Shown: positions 16,153-25,473 of the stretch, one piece after another
Layout: the number at the start of each line of letters is the position of its first letter
How positions within the stretch are numbered: the stretch's first letter is position 1
Assembly (NCBI GenBank): GCA_020848035.1
Contig: JADLAX010000027.1
Location: forward strand, 41,528-73,527
Length of the DNA stretch: 32,000 nt
Source of the DNA: Anaerolineae bacterium
GTDB taxonomy: Bacteria > Chloroflexota > Anaerolineae > Promineifilales > Promineifilaceae
Direction of reading: 5' to 3'
Made by a program: the position numbers and the translations under genes
The notes under the pieces: generated by a model
Database searches by the model: none
What the model saw: the letters and a program-made list of their open reading frames with translations, nothing else
Told to the model about the DNA's origin: nothing

Positions 16153-17577
16153 TTACCCATCCGTTGGCGTTGCGGATGGTGTCTCAACTGGTTGGGGCGT
16201 TTCACCGGTCGCTCCCGGCGTGGCCTCTGGTGTCCCTGATGCGGTTTCTAGCGGAACGGCCGTTCCCCCTCCCTGTAAAATTTGATCAAGCAGTGCATCC
16301 AGCGCGGCCAGCTCGGGCACAGCGGCGGTGTTGAACCATTGGCCATCGTAAACGGTGTCCGACCCACGCACCAGCAGCACCGACCGCGCGGCACTGGGCG
16401 TCGGTGTCACCGTGACCTCGGCTGTGCTTTCTGGCGCTAAAAAGGTCGTCAAACCCGTGCGCAAAAGACCACTTTCCAGCAGAGTCGTCGTCAGGCTAAT
16501 CACCTGGCTGCTGCCCAGCGTGGTGGTCACCGGCTGGCCAGCGCTGAGAGCGGCAACGGCCGTACCGTCGGCCAGAAGCGTCAGCTGCGCCCCATCTACC
16601 CGGTTATATTGCAGCACCGCCTCCAGCGGAAACTGTACCGGCGGGCGTTCCAACGTGGCGTCGCTGGCAGCCAGCATCTCAGCCAGCACGTCGTCCAGCG
16701 CCACATAAAGCGGCTGGATGGTGGTTGAAATGGCATACTCTGGGCAAACAAGAGCGATGAGCCGCTCCGAGCTGCGCCCGGCCACCAGCAGCGACTCTAA
16801 AGGCGTGCCGGGACAGGGGGCCGTGTACTGCTGCGCCAACGCCTGCGGATCGATGGCCGTGAAGGCACTCAACAAGGCAGGCGGCGCACCGGTTACTGGC
16901 TCCACTTCGCTTTTATGGGCCATCCAGCGAAACATACGGCCGTCATCCACCACCGCTACCCAATGAGCTGGCGCATAAGGCGAGGCGCTGCGGCGTAAGC
17001 CCACAATCGTATCGGATGGGAAGTAGGGGCCGAGCATCGTGGTGAAATAGTTCTCCAGGCTGGCCAGCAGCACTGGATCTTGCAGCCAGCCATCGCCCTG
17101 GGCATTGGAAAACGGCAGGTTGTAGCTGAGGCGGATGCAGGTATCGCAGCCAGCGGGTACGGGTTCCAGCACCAGATCGGGCAGCACCTGCTGCAAATCG
17201 AGCAGGACGCCCGCCTGGTTGTCGCGCTGCACCGAAAAACCGCTGCTTTCATCCACCAGAATAATCTGGCTGTTCACACCGCCTTGCAGGCGGCGGTCCA
17301 GCCCAATGGCAGGGATAGACAGGCGCAGTTCCACCACGTTGGCCCCAAAGGGAATCGGGGTAGTGGTTACCTCGGTGGGCAGGGGAGCCTGGGTTACGGT
17401 GACAACCGGAAAGTTACCTGGCTGGCTGCCCGGTGGCAGCGGTGTATAGGTGGGCGGAATTATGGGCGAGGTAGGCACCGGCAAATCGGTCAGATCGGTT
17501 TGGTCCGGTGACTGGCCGCCACAAGCCGCCAGGGCGATGCTTACCAGGAGCAGGAGGTAAAGCCAGAATTTTTGCAC
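16153..17577 (-). CDS. Hypothetical secreted lipoprotein, Pro/Thr-rich termini
   Basis: 474 aa. Lipobox signal peptide (LLLLVSIALAAC). No recognisable domain. The start lies 3 nt after the secF stop. Confidence 0.72.
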   Translation of the reverse strand: MQKFWLYLLLLVSIALAACGGQSPDQTDLTDLPVPTSPIIPPTYTPLPPGSQPGNFPVVTVTQAPLPTEVTTTPIPFGANVVELRLSIPAIGLDRRLQGGVNSQIILVDESSGFSVQRDNQAGVLLDLQQVLPDLVLEPVPAGCDTCIRLSYNLPFSNAQGDGWLQDPVLLASLENYFTTMLGPYFPSDTIVGLRRSASPYAPAHWVAVVDDGRMFRWMAHKSEVEPVTGAPPALLSAFTAIDPQALAQQYTAPCPGTPLESLLVAGRSSERLIALVCPEYAISTTIQPLYVALDDVLAEMLAASDATLERPPVQFPLEAVLQYNRVDGAQLTLLADGTAVAALSAGQPVTTTLGSSQVISLTTTLLESGLLRTGLTTFLAPESTAEVTVTPTPSAARSVLLVRGSDTVYDGQWFNTAAVPELAALDALLDQILQGGGTAVPLETASGTPEATPGATGETPQPVETPSATPTDG

Positions 17578-17580
17578 AAT

Positions 17581-18513
17581 TTACGCTTTTAAGAAGGGAA
17601 TCTCGTTCTTTTCCCAGGCAACCAGCAGGGGAACGGCCGTAAAAATCGAGCTGTACGTCCCGCTCAGCAGCCCCACGAACAAGATCGCAATAAAGGGCTT
17701 AATCGAAGCCCCACCAAAGAGCAAAATCGCTACCATGATGAACATGGCGTTAAGCTGGGTGGCCAACGACCGGTGGATTGTTTCCAGGATGGAGCGATTG
17801 ACCACACGCTCATACCGTTCTAACGGCCGTTTGCTGATATTTTCGCGAATGCGATCAAACACCACAATGGTATCTTGCAAAGAAAACCCGGCGACGGTGA
17901 GAACGGCCGTTAAAAAGAGCGCATCTACCTCCCAGCCCAAAATCATCCCGGTCAGCGCGGCAATCCCAAAGATGACCAGCAAATCGTGCAGCATAGCCAC
18001 GACGGCACACACACCATAGCGGAACGGATTTGGCACCTGGCGAAACACCACCATGATATACACCAGAATGATCGCCGACGCGACCAACACGGCAATAATT
18101 GCTGCATTCGTCACTTCACCCGCCACCGTACCGCTCACGCTCTCCACCTGGGTGCTGTCGGGCACCAGCGGCGCAAGATCGTTCAGGCGGGCCTCAATGG
18201 CCTGCACCTCTTCGGGGGTAACCGGCTCGGTGCGGATTTGCCAGGCGTTTTGCAAATTTTCGCCGCGCAGGGCAATGATACTGGGGTTGGTCACGCCCGC
18301 ATCCACAAACACTTCTTCAACGGCCGCTTCCGACACCGGCGCGGTAAATTGAATCTCAAACCGGGCCCCACCCCGGAAATCCACCCCCAGCAAAAACGGC
18401 GAACCCGTGGTGATGAACGAATAAACGATGGCCAGAATGCCCAGGCCAATGATCACGCCCGAAATAATAAAATAGGTCTTTCGCTTTTCAACAAGATTAA
18501 ATAAAAACATCAT
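17581..18513 (-). CDS. secF: Protein translocase subunit SecF
   Basis: 310 aa, six TM segments, with SecF-type motifs (GVDFRGG, DTIVVFDRIREN). It lies immediately downstream of secD. Confidence 0.93.
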   Translation of the reverse strand: MMFLFNLVEKRKTYFIISGVIIGLGILAIVYSFITTGSPFLLGVDFRGGARFEIQFTAPVSEAAVEEVFVDAGVTNPSIIALRGENLQNAWQIRTEPVTPEEVQAIEARLNDLAPLVPDSTQVESVSGTVAGEVTNAAIIAVLVASAIILVYIMVVFRQVPNPFRYGVCAVVAMLHDLLVIFGIAALTGMILGWEVDALFLTAVLTVAGFSLQDTIVVFDRIRENISKRPLERYERVVNRSILETIHRSLATQLNAMFIMVAILLFGGASIKPFIAILFVGLLSGTYSSIFTAVPLLVAWEKNEIPFLKA

Positions 18514-18534
18514 GCACCTGATGGAACCTGAAAG

Positions 18535-19863
18535 TTAAACACCCAGCAGCCAGCTGCTGCGACTGATGCGGTTGGCCAACTGCCCCAAAACCAAACGGAC
18601 AAAGGTTCTGGTGACAATAACGGCCGTAAACATGCTTACCATCACCCCAATCGCCAGCGTCAGGGCAAACCCCTGCACGGCGCTGGCCCCAAAGCTGCGG
18701 CCAAACGTCCACAACACCAGGCAAATCACCAGCGTGGCAATGTTGGAATCTCGGATGGAAGTCCAGGCACGATCAAAGCCGGTCAAAATCGCTTCGCGCA
18801 GCGAACTGCCCCGGCGCAGCTCTTCCTTCATGCGCTCGAACACCAAAATATTGGCGTCCACCGCCATGCCCGTGGAAAGCAAAAAGCCAGTGATAGCAGG
18901 CAGCGTAAGCGTTACCGGGATGGCCATGAAGATGGCCAGGTTGGCCACCGCGTACAAAATTAGGGCCAGATCGGCCAGAAAGCCGGGCAAACGGTAGTAA
19001 ATCAGCATAAAAAGCAGCACCACAGCCACGCCAATTGTGCCCGCTCGCACGCTGGCCGCCACCGACAGCTCGCCCAGGGTTGCCCCAATCTGGCGCGTGC
19101 TGTCGATGACCAGGGGAATAGGCAGACTGCCAAAACGCAGCTGCAGGGCCAATCGCTGCGCTTCTTCCAGGGAAAAGTTGCCGGTAATGGTACCCTGGCC
19201 TTCAATCACCGCGCTGATTTGTGGGCTGGAAATCACCTGCTTGTCCAGCACAATGGTCAGAAACTGGCCCTGATTGGCCCGCGTGTAGTTGGCAAACAGC
19301 TCACGCTCTTCGGCCCGCAGGGTGAAATCAACAAAATATTGGCCAAAATCGGTAGAAGCTGACTCCGCAGATTGAATCGCGGCCCCGGTCATCACTGTCT
19401 CATAGGTGGGAGCGGGCGCGACGCTCAAATTGCCAGCCTCGTCGTATTCACAACGCGAGGGGCCTTCATTCAACGTGGTGCGAATGCACGTCCCCTCCTC
19501 CAGCGGGAAGGAGCCGGTGTCGACAAACTCCAACAGTGCCGTCTCCTGGATCAAGGAAACCGCCTCATCAGGGTTGTCAATGCCGGGCAGCTCCACCAAA
19601 ATCCGGCGATCCCCCTCGGTTTGCACCAGGGGTTCGGCCACGCCGAGGGCGTTCACCCGTTGTTCAATAATCTGGCGCGACGTATCCAGCTGCGCCGGTT
19701 CAATCTCCACATCTTCCGGAAGATCGGCCTTGAGCAAAACTTGTAAACCGCCTTGTAGGTCCAACCCTTGCCGAATGGGGTAATTGGGATTTTGCACAAT
19801 CCAAATTGCCCAACCGGCAACCGCCAAAATGACGACCAGCCACAAATAATCTTTACCTTGCAT
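18535..19863 (-). CDS. secD: Protein translocase subunit SecD
   Basis: SecD periplasmic and TM regions are present (GLDLQGG, VLDKQVISSPQI, ANILVFERMKEE). The ORF track start is 19938. The ATG at 19863 (MQGKDYLWLVVILAVAG) gives the usual N-terminal TM anchor. Confidence 0.92.
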   Translation of the reverse strand: MQGKDYLWLVVILAVAGWAIWIVQNPNYPIRQGLDLQGGLQVLLKADLPEDVEIEPAQLDTSRQIIEQRVNALGVAEPLVQTEGDRRILVELPGIDNPDEAVSLIQETALLEFVDTGSFPLEEGTCIRTTLNEGPSRCEYDEAGNLSVAPAPTYETVMTGAAIQSAESASTDFGQYFVDFTLRAEERELFANYTRANQGQFLTIVLDKQVISSPQISAVIEGQGTITGNFSLEEAQRLALQLRFGSLPIPLVIDSTRQIGATLGELSVAASVRAGTIGVAVVLLFMLIYYRLPGFLADLALILYAVANLAIFMAIPVTLTLPAITGFLLSTGMAVDANILVFERMKEELRRGSSLREAILTGFDRAWTSIRDSNIATLVICLVLWTFGRSFGASAVQGFALTLAIGVMVSMFTAVIVTRTFVRLVLGQLANRISRSSWLLGV

Positions 19864-20015
19864 ACACTTTTGCCTGCTTCTCTTAAGAATTTCGGTTACC
19901 GTCTGACGGCAATGGTCGCTGTCGCCGGCCGGACACACAATTGGCGGATTATAACAGCCGGGTCAAGGGTCGCAACTTTCACAGTTTTAGAGCCCCCCGC
20001 AGCTTGGCAGCTTTC

Positions 20016-21125
20016 TCATCGAGGAGTGGTTTTCATGCCGAACAACGGCCGTATCCACCGAATCCGCTTCAGCAAAATCTCATACAGCAGCAAGCTCCCG
20101 CCCAAGGTCCCAGCCAGCAGCAAAAGCAGCTTGAAGGCCGCCCCCAGCGGCAGCGGCAAGATGACAAGCGCCAGCAGAAATTGCACAGGCATATGCACGA
20201 TGTAAACGGGGTAAACGGCCGTACTCAAATATCCAAGCGCCCGCGACGGCCGATTTAAGTAGATCGCCCCAAAACCTAAAATCGCCAACATCCAGAGCAT
20301 CGACTCCAGAGCAATCAGCCCATTAGGAACACCCTGGAATTGAAAATGGAACAAGCGCACCAGGTACATAATCAAAGCAAAGGCTGCCGCCAAAGCTCGC
20401 ACCTCAGTTAAGGCGTGCCAAAACGTATTTTGCAGCGACACAAACAGAAACCCCGTCAAAAAACAGATCAGCCCCAGCCAGAAGCCATGCGCAGTTTCGG
20501 CGTAGGTGACAAAGTCAGCGGGGTTAACCAGCCACGCTTCCACCATGAGCGGCAGGGCAAAGAGCAAGATGCCACCTGGCAGCTGGACCAGACGCCGCAA
20601 CCAGCCCAACACGGCATTGTCCGGCCACTTTTTTATAGCCATCAGCAGGGGCAGCAACAGCAGCACGTAGACAAAAATATTGCCGAGGAACCAGAGGTGA
20701 AATTGACCAGGCAAATAATAGGGGTCGGTATCGTAATAAATCATGGCGGCATAGGCGACGATGGGGTTAATAAAAAAGATGCCAAACCCAAACGGCAGCA
20801 AAATGCGCAGCGCCCGGTCTTGCAGCAGCTGCTGCCAACTGCGCCGCTTCAGGGCAAACCAGACCCCCATACCCGAAATGGCAAAGAGGATTGGAATGCG
20901 CCAGACGTTGATCAAGGCCATCGGAATCCAGAGATTTACCAAAGATTGTTCATTTTGCGGAAAGCCAAACAGGTAACCCCAGGGCTGAAAGCTCATGACA
21001 ACGTGGTAAACAATCAAAAGCCCTAGGGCCAGCGTGCGCAGCCAATCAATGTCGTAGCGGTGAGGGCTGAGGGTAGCTTCGGGCAGGGTGGTCAGATGCA
21101 GATCGGTTAACGACACGTTGCTCAT
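20016..21125 (-). CDS. Acyltransferase family 3 integral membrane protein
   Basis: 369 aa, about 10 TM helices. N-terminal acyltransferase_3 signature (RYDIDWLRTLALGLLIVYHV). Confidence 0.82.
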   Translation of the reverse strand: MSNVSLTDLHLTTLPEATLSPHRYDIDWLRTLALGLLIVYHVVMSFQPWGYLFGFPQNEQSLVNLWIPMALINVWRIPILFAISGMGVWFALKRRSWQQLLQDRALRILLPFGFGIFFINPIVAYAAMIYYDTDPYYLPGQFHLWFLGNIFVYVLLLLPLLMAIKKWPDNAVLGWLRRLVQLPGGILLFALPLMVEAWLVNPADFVTYAETAHGFWLGLICFLTGFLFVSLQNTFWHALTEVRALAAAFALIMYLVRLFHFQFQGVPNGLIALESMLWMLAILGFGAIYLNRPSRALGYLSTAVYPVYIVHMPVQFLLALVILPLPLGAAFKLLLLLAGTLGGSLLLYEILLKRIRWIRPLFGMKTTPR

Positions 21126-21134
21126 GTTTGCCCT

Positions 21135-22136
21135 CTATTTTTCAGTGAGAAGTTCTTCTGCGATGTTATGCACTTCCAGGCCCGCAAAACGGCCGTTCCC
21201 CACAAAAATCGGCTCATCTCGGCCACCCACCAGCCGCGATAGGCGCACCGTGGCCGTCGCCGTCAGCGATTCGGCGACGCGTTTGCCCATGTCTACCGTG
21301 GATGGCCCGGCCAGAATACCCGCCTCGCCCCGGCTGGCAATGATTTCCAACCGGTGTCTGGCTCCGGCGGTTTTGCCCGTCAGCACCCAGTGGATTTGCT
21401 CCCCGGCCACGGTCAGCGTCTCTGTTTTGGCCCCGGTGTAGGTGGCAAATTTGTACAGTACCCCCTCGTGCCAAAGACCCACGATGAAGCCTCTAAAACG
21501 CGTAAACTGCCAGGGGATCATGGCGATGGAGGCGGTAAGGCTGGTGCCAGGGCTGTGGGCAAAATGGTTGGTTTGCAGCCAGATCCAGGCTGAAGGGAAC
21601 GATTGGCCCCAATCTTTTTCAATGTAGCCACGGCCGTTTGTGAAATCCATCGCCTGGCTATCCACCGTCATCGTGCCGTAAATGGTGTGGTCGAAGCTGA
21701 GCACGCCGTGGTAACACTCCATCGTTGGCACCCAGGCGTACCAGCCCATAATGCCCGGCGCAGTAAGCGACACCGGCCACGGCCGTCCGCCGCCAAACTG
21801 CAAATCGGCCACAATTTTATGCTCCGGCCGGTCAATGAGCAGGCTCAGCGCCCGCGCCGTAAAGCGGCTGGCCCCAACATGCACCTCAAACCGGTCATCA
21901 GCCGCCCAAAACTGTTCCAACGGATAGCGGTGGTAAAACGTCTCTTTCGTGCTGCCGTTGAGCACCTGGATAAACGCGTGGGGATCTTCGCTGAGAAAAA
22001 CGCCGGGGATGATGGCGTATTTGTGCTGCGTGGTGGGGTCGATCAGCTTGAAGTACCAGCCTTCGAAAAACGGCCGTTTCTGGCCAAACCCATGATACCA
22101 GGCCGGGTTGAGCACGGTTGTCCAAAAGGGTCTCAT
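21135..22136 (-). CDS. Tocopherol-cyclase-like family protein (function in bacteria unknown)
   Basis: 333 aa. The N-terminal WYHGFGQKRPFFEGWYFKL matches the conserved (H..G..RFFEGWYF) signature of the VTE1/tocopherol cyclase family as I recall it. I did not check the remainder. Confidence 0.62.
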   Translation of the reverse strand: MRPFWTTVLNPAWYHGFGQKRPFFEGWYFKLIDPTTQHKYAIIPGVFLSEDPHAFIQVLNGSTKETFYHRYPLEQFWAADDRFEVHVGASRFTARALSLLIDRPEHKIVADLQFGGGRPWPVSLTAPGIMGWYAWVPTMECYHGVLSFDHTIYGTMTVDSQAMDFTNGRGYIEKDWGQSFPSAWIWLQTNHFAHSPGTSLTASIAMIPWQFTRFRGFIVGLWHEGVLYKFATYTGAKTETLTVAGEQIHWVLTGKTAGARHRLEIIASRGEAGILAGPSTVDMGKRVAESLTATATVRLSRLVGGRDEPIFVGNGRFAGLEVHNIAEELLTEK

Positions 22137-23218
22137 CGATCCGGCGTCACCGAGCGCACGTTGTTGAAAGTATTCACTTCCAAAATCCAGCGGCTGCCCG
22201 CGGTGAACTGGGTATATTCACTCAAGCTGTTGGGGGTGTAGGTATAGGAACGGCCGTCGGCATCAAAGATTACCTCATACGTTTCCGTCTCTTCCCCAAT
22301 CCGCTGGTCCTGCCCCAGTGACGGATTGGGCCACTGCGGGGCCAGATCATCACCCGTCAGCGTCACCAAATCAAACGTGCGCCATTGCAGCGCGGTAAAG
22401 GTGCAGTAATCGTCGTACACCTGGTATTCGCAATCCTGCACCACCTCGCCGACGCCCGTGCCCGTGTCTACCGTGTAGGGTGTGCCGCACACCTCCACTG
22501 CACCAGGGGCCGGATTGGCCTGGGTGCGCCGCACCTCCTGCTGGCAGGAAAGGATTTCGGCATCATCGGGCACGCGATCGCGCCAATCTTCATCCTCTAC
22601 CGGCGTCAGCGCCTCGATAGCCACCGCATATTCCCAGGAGACACCCTGCACTTCACCCACCACCTCTTCGGTGCGGCTGCTCAGAATCATCACGGCCAGG
22701 CAGGCGACCACAAACAGACCCAAAATGCCAAACAGGGCAAAGCGGGCCGTTTTAGACATGCCAGCGGCCCGTTTAACCTGGGGTTTGGCCGCCGCTTCTG
22801 GTGCCGCTTTGGGCAGCGCCGCGCCGCAATGCACGCAATGCCGCGCCGTGCCCGAATTCATCGTGCCGCAATAAGAACAGGCCACGTCGGGGGCCGCGTT
22901 TTTCTGGTGCGCGCCCACCACCTGCCCGGCTTCACGCGCTTTGGCCTCGGTGAGATCGGCCAGGCATTGGCTGCATTGATCGGCCGTAGCCGGGTTGCGT
23001 GTGCCGCAAAACGGACAGTGCACGTCTGGTCCAGCTTTGGCCTCAGCAATCAGTTTTTCATCCTGAATCAGCGTTTCCTGGGCCACCTGCTCAAACTGCA
23101 CATCGGCAGGCTGCGGCGCGCCGCAGTTGTGGCAAATCTTGTCGATCCCTTTGTTACGGGTGCCACAGGCGGGGCACTCCCACTCCAGATGAACATAGCC
23201 AACCGTTTTTTTGGTCAT
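22133..23218 (-). CDS. Triple zinc-ribbon, single-pass membrane protein with a Cys-containing extracytoplasmic domain
   Basis: 361 aa. Three CxxC-N10-11-CxxC ribbons (CPACGTRNKGIDKICHNCG, CPFCGTRNPATADQCSQC, CSYCGTMNSGTARHCVHCG), a TM helix (FALFGILGLFVVACLAVMIL), and a ~180-aa C-terminal domain. Its stop overlaps the next gene's start by 4 nt (ATGA). Confidence 0.8.
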   Translation of the reverse strand: MTKKTVGYVHLEWECPACGTRNKGIDKICHNCGAPQPADVQFEQVAQETLIQDEKLIAEAKAGPDVHCPFCGTRNPATADQCSQCLADLTEAKAREAGQVVGAHQKNAAPDVACSYCGTMNSGTARHCVHCGAALPKAAPEAAAKPQVKRAAGMSKTARFALFGILGLFVVACLAVMILSSRTEEVVGEVQGVSWEYAVAIEALTPVEDEDWRDRVPDDAEILSCQQEVRRTQANPAPGAVEVCGTPYTVDTGTGVGEVVQDCEYQVYDDYCTFTALQWRTFDLVTLTGDDLAPQWPNPSLGQDQRIGEETETYEVIFDADGRSYTYTPNSLSEYTQFTAGSRWILEVNTFNNVRSVTPDR

Positions 23219-23275
23219 TGCACGCTCCTGTCATGTGAGGAGAACAGTTTTCGAAGTTTTTCATGCACAGATTTC

Positions 23276-23292
23276 GCAGATTACACAGATTT
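23276..23292. repeat. Second copy of the 17-mer GCAGATTACACAGATTT
   Basis: Identical to 7882-7898. It lies 58-74 nt upstream of the zinc-ribbon gene start (23218) in a spacer rich in AGATTT/AAATCT words. Confidence 0.8.
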
Positions 23293-23412
23293 TCTGCTTA
23301 AATCTGCCAAATCCTTTAAATCTTGGATTGTTTGTAGCCAATCAAAAAGATTGTAGCGCAGGGGCGGGCTTGATTCAATCGGGTTTTTGTGGGGAAATGT
23401 GGCCTGCCAAAC

Positions 23413-23784
23413 CTATTCATCTAATTTCACGTGCCAGGTGATGCCGCTGTCAGCCAGCGTGGCCACGGCAAAGTCCATCTGGCCTGAGAAGACGTACAGC
23501 TCGGCGGCAAACATTCGGTCACCAACAAACTCCCGAAAAACGGCCGAAGATTCGCACAACGCCGCGTAACAGTCACGCAGTCTGGACAAGACCGAGAGCG
23601 CTTCTTGCCTGGTTGGCCGGGAAAAGGCATCCAGCCGGTGATAAAACGTCACCCTGGCCTCGGTCATGGTGGCCTCAACATCAATCCCGTCAACTGTACC
23701 AAGCGTGACCATCACCTGAGTCGATTGAAGCAGCTTGATGATTTCCTCACCAGAAAACCTTTTATCTTTCATAAGCTGACTCAA
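23413..23784 (-). CDS. Hypothetical protein
   Basis: 123-aa ORF 7 nt downstream of the hydrolase gene. It has a TTG start, with an alternative ATG at 23772. No motif recognised. Confidence 0.55.
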   Translation of the reverse strand: MSQLMKDKRFSGEEIIKLLQSTQVMVTLGTVDGIDVEATMTEARVTFYHRLDAFSRPTRQEALSVLSRLRDCYAALCESSAVFREFVGDRMFAAELYVFSGQMDFAVATLADSGITWHVKLDE

Positions 23785-23791
23785 AGCTGAC

Positions 23792-24847
23792 TTACGGCAG
23801 GCGTTCTAAAAAGTCCCCCAAGATGTGAACAAAATCGCCCGGCTTTTCAAAGTGGAAGCCGTGGCCCGAATCGACCTTCACAAAAACGACATCCGGGATA
23901 AGCGACCGGGCCAGTTCGGCATCTTTATCGTCCATCGCGGCCATCAAAATGCCTGCCTCGTCATAGCGCCAGTTGGTGTGGATGAGCACAGCGGGCACGC
24001 GGATGCGGCTCAGCGCGTCGGCGTGGTCAAATCCATCGTTCCACGAGCCGTCATAAAACGACGCGCCAAACCGGGGGTCGTAGGTGTGCAGCCCGCGCCA
24101 CAGCTCATTCATGACGGGCGGCATGTAGAACACTTTAACGGGTTCCTGGGGATATTTGGCCCGGTAGGTAAGCACGGTTTGGGTGAGCCGGGGCTGAAGC
24201 TCATTAAACAGGGTATAAAATTTGCCGTGCCGCACCTGGTAACTCACAAAATCTGTTTCGCCGCTGTTGACGAAGTTGTGGGCGGTGCTGGCCAGATCGA
24301 CGTAGTTCCAGGTTTTTTCGGCGCGTGGCAGCGTGGTGGTGAACAGCGGCGGGTCTTCCAGAATCACACCGCGCACGGTGTCCGGCGCGTTGGCGGCCAG
24401 CCACACCGCCAACAGCCCGCCAGACGAATGGCCAGACACCACGGCCGTTTCCCCAATCACCTCGCGGATAAACTGAGCCAGGTCACGCCCCAGCGCCGCG
24501 TTGGTATATTTTTCAGGAACACGGGCCGAACGGCCGTGTCCATAACAATCCACCGCAAAAACGTGGTACTGCTCCGCCAGGTCGGGCAGCACCCGGGCGT
24601 AGTTTTGCCAGTCTACCGCCTGCCCGTGAATCAGCAGCAGCGGCGGTCCGTTGTCCGGCCCTTCGGCATAGTTGATTTCACTGCCAGCGATGATGACCTG
24701 TTTTTCGACAAACCCGGCCCGCCACACGGCCGTCATGTTCCGCTTAAAGTAGGTCATGGTATGGAACACAAAAGCGCCCAGGCCCAAGGCGGCCAGCACC
24801 ACAACACCTGCCAAAATCCAAACGGCCGTACGCATCATCTTGTTCAC
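23792..24847 (-). CDS. Membrane-anchored alpha/beta hydrolase
   Basis: 351 aa. N-terminal TM helix, HG oxyanion motif (LLLIHGQAVDW), nucleophile elbow GHSSGG, and a late His (SGHGFHFE). Confidence 0.87.
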   Translation of the reverse strand: MNKMMRTAVWILAGVVVLAALGLGAFVFHTMTYFKRNMTAVWRAGFVEKQVIIAGSEINYAEGPDNGPPLLLIHGQAVDWQNYARVLPDLAEQYHVFAVDCYGHGRSARVPEKYTNAALGRDLAQFIREVIGETAVVSGHSSGGLLAVWLAANAPDTVRGVILEDPPLFTTTLPRAEKTWNYVDLASTAHNFVNSGETDFVSYQVRHGKFYTLFNELQPRLTQTVLTYRAKYPQEPVKVFYMPPVMNELWRGLHTYDPRFGASFYDGSWNDGFDHADALSRIRVPAVLIHTNWRYDEAGILMAAMDDKDAELARSLIPDVVFVKVDSGHGFHFEKPGDFVHILGDFLERLP

Positions 24848-24871
24848 TGCGGCTCCCTTCCTTTTAGGGTG

Positions 24872-25108
24872 TTACTCAACAGGCGGCTCAGCGCTGCCTA
24901 TCCCTTGCAAAACGCTGTCGGTAAATTCGGCAAACAACTCCTGACGCACAATGGCAATGCCGCGCTGCACATCGGCCAGCAGCAGCAAGGTATCGCCGGG
25001 CTTAATATTAAACATCTCACGGGCCGCCTTGGGGATAACAATCTGGCCCTTTTCCCCCACACGCACCGTGCTGGCAAATTTTCCTTCAGGAATTTCCATC
25101 ATCTTCAC
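24872..25108 (-). CDS. AbrB/MazE/SpoVT family DNA-binding protein
   Basis: 78 aa. The SpoVT-AbrB looped-hinge-helix pattern is present (VRVGEKGQIVIPKAAREMFNIKPGDTLLLL). GTG start at 25108, with alternative ATGs 6-9 nt downstream. Confidence 0.85.
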   Translation of the reverse strand: MKMMEIPEGKFASTVRVGEKGQIVIPKAAREMFNIKPGDTLLLLADVQRGIAIVRQELFAEFTDSVLQGIGSAEPPVE

Positions 25109-25109
25109 C

Positions 25110-25143
25110 GTATAACTGGTTGTATTTGTATAACTAGTATAAC
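25110..25143. promoter_or_regulatory. Three direct GTATAAC repeats immediately upstream of the AbrB-like gene (candidate operator)
   Basis: GTATAAC occurs at 25110, 25128 and 25137 (spacings of 18 and 9 nt), directly abutting the start codon region. Confidence 0.4.
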
Positions 25144-25434
25144 TTTTTCTGCCCTGGAGGACAAACTCAGTCTGGCGCCTAAAGACGTGGAACCGTTAAC
25201 GCCCCTGCTAGCGAGACAAGGCCCCATGAGTCTTTAAAAAATTACTTGGGTAATGTCAAGTCTCGCAAGGAGCATATGGCAAGGGCTTTGCCGAGCGGAA
25301 GATTCTCTGGTTATTCAGCGGGCGGGATGCTTCGGGGGATACTTCGGCGGCCTCAGCACAGGCTCTCAGCATGACAACGTTGTTACCCGAGTTAATGTTT
25401 AATCTTCAAAAGGGACTACTGTAAAAGCCAAATT

Positions 25435-25473
25435 GGGCAGCCCAACTGGGCAGGCCAACCGGGCAGCCCGAAC
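25435..25473. repeat. Three tandem 13-mers GGGCAGSCCRAMY
   Basis: gggcagcccaact gggcaggccaacc gggcagcccgaac, located in the 430-bp non-coding gap. Confidence 0.75.

Noticed and set aside
24872-25108. AbrB/MazE-like gene as the antitoxin of a type II toxin-antitoxin pair
   Set aside because: The downstream partner is a 351-aa membrane-anchored alpha/beta hydrolase, not a small toxin fold (MazF, PIN, etc.). There is no toxin-sized ORF adjacent.
23825-25237. 470-aa plus-strand ORF, the longest unexplained ORF in the track
   Set aside because: It runs antisense across both the alpha/beta hydrolase and AbrB-like genes, which have clear family motifs. Its composition (R, G, H, Q, P rich) is that of an antisense frame.
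25276-25374. 32-codon plus-strand ORF (MARALPSGRFSGYSAGGMLRGILRRPQHRLSA) with an AAGGAG just upstream
   Set aside because: The SD-to-ATG spacing is only 3 nt. The ORF is made of the GC-rich repeat-like segment, so it is most likely non-coding.
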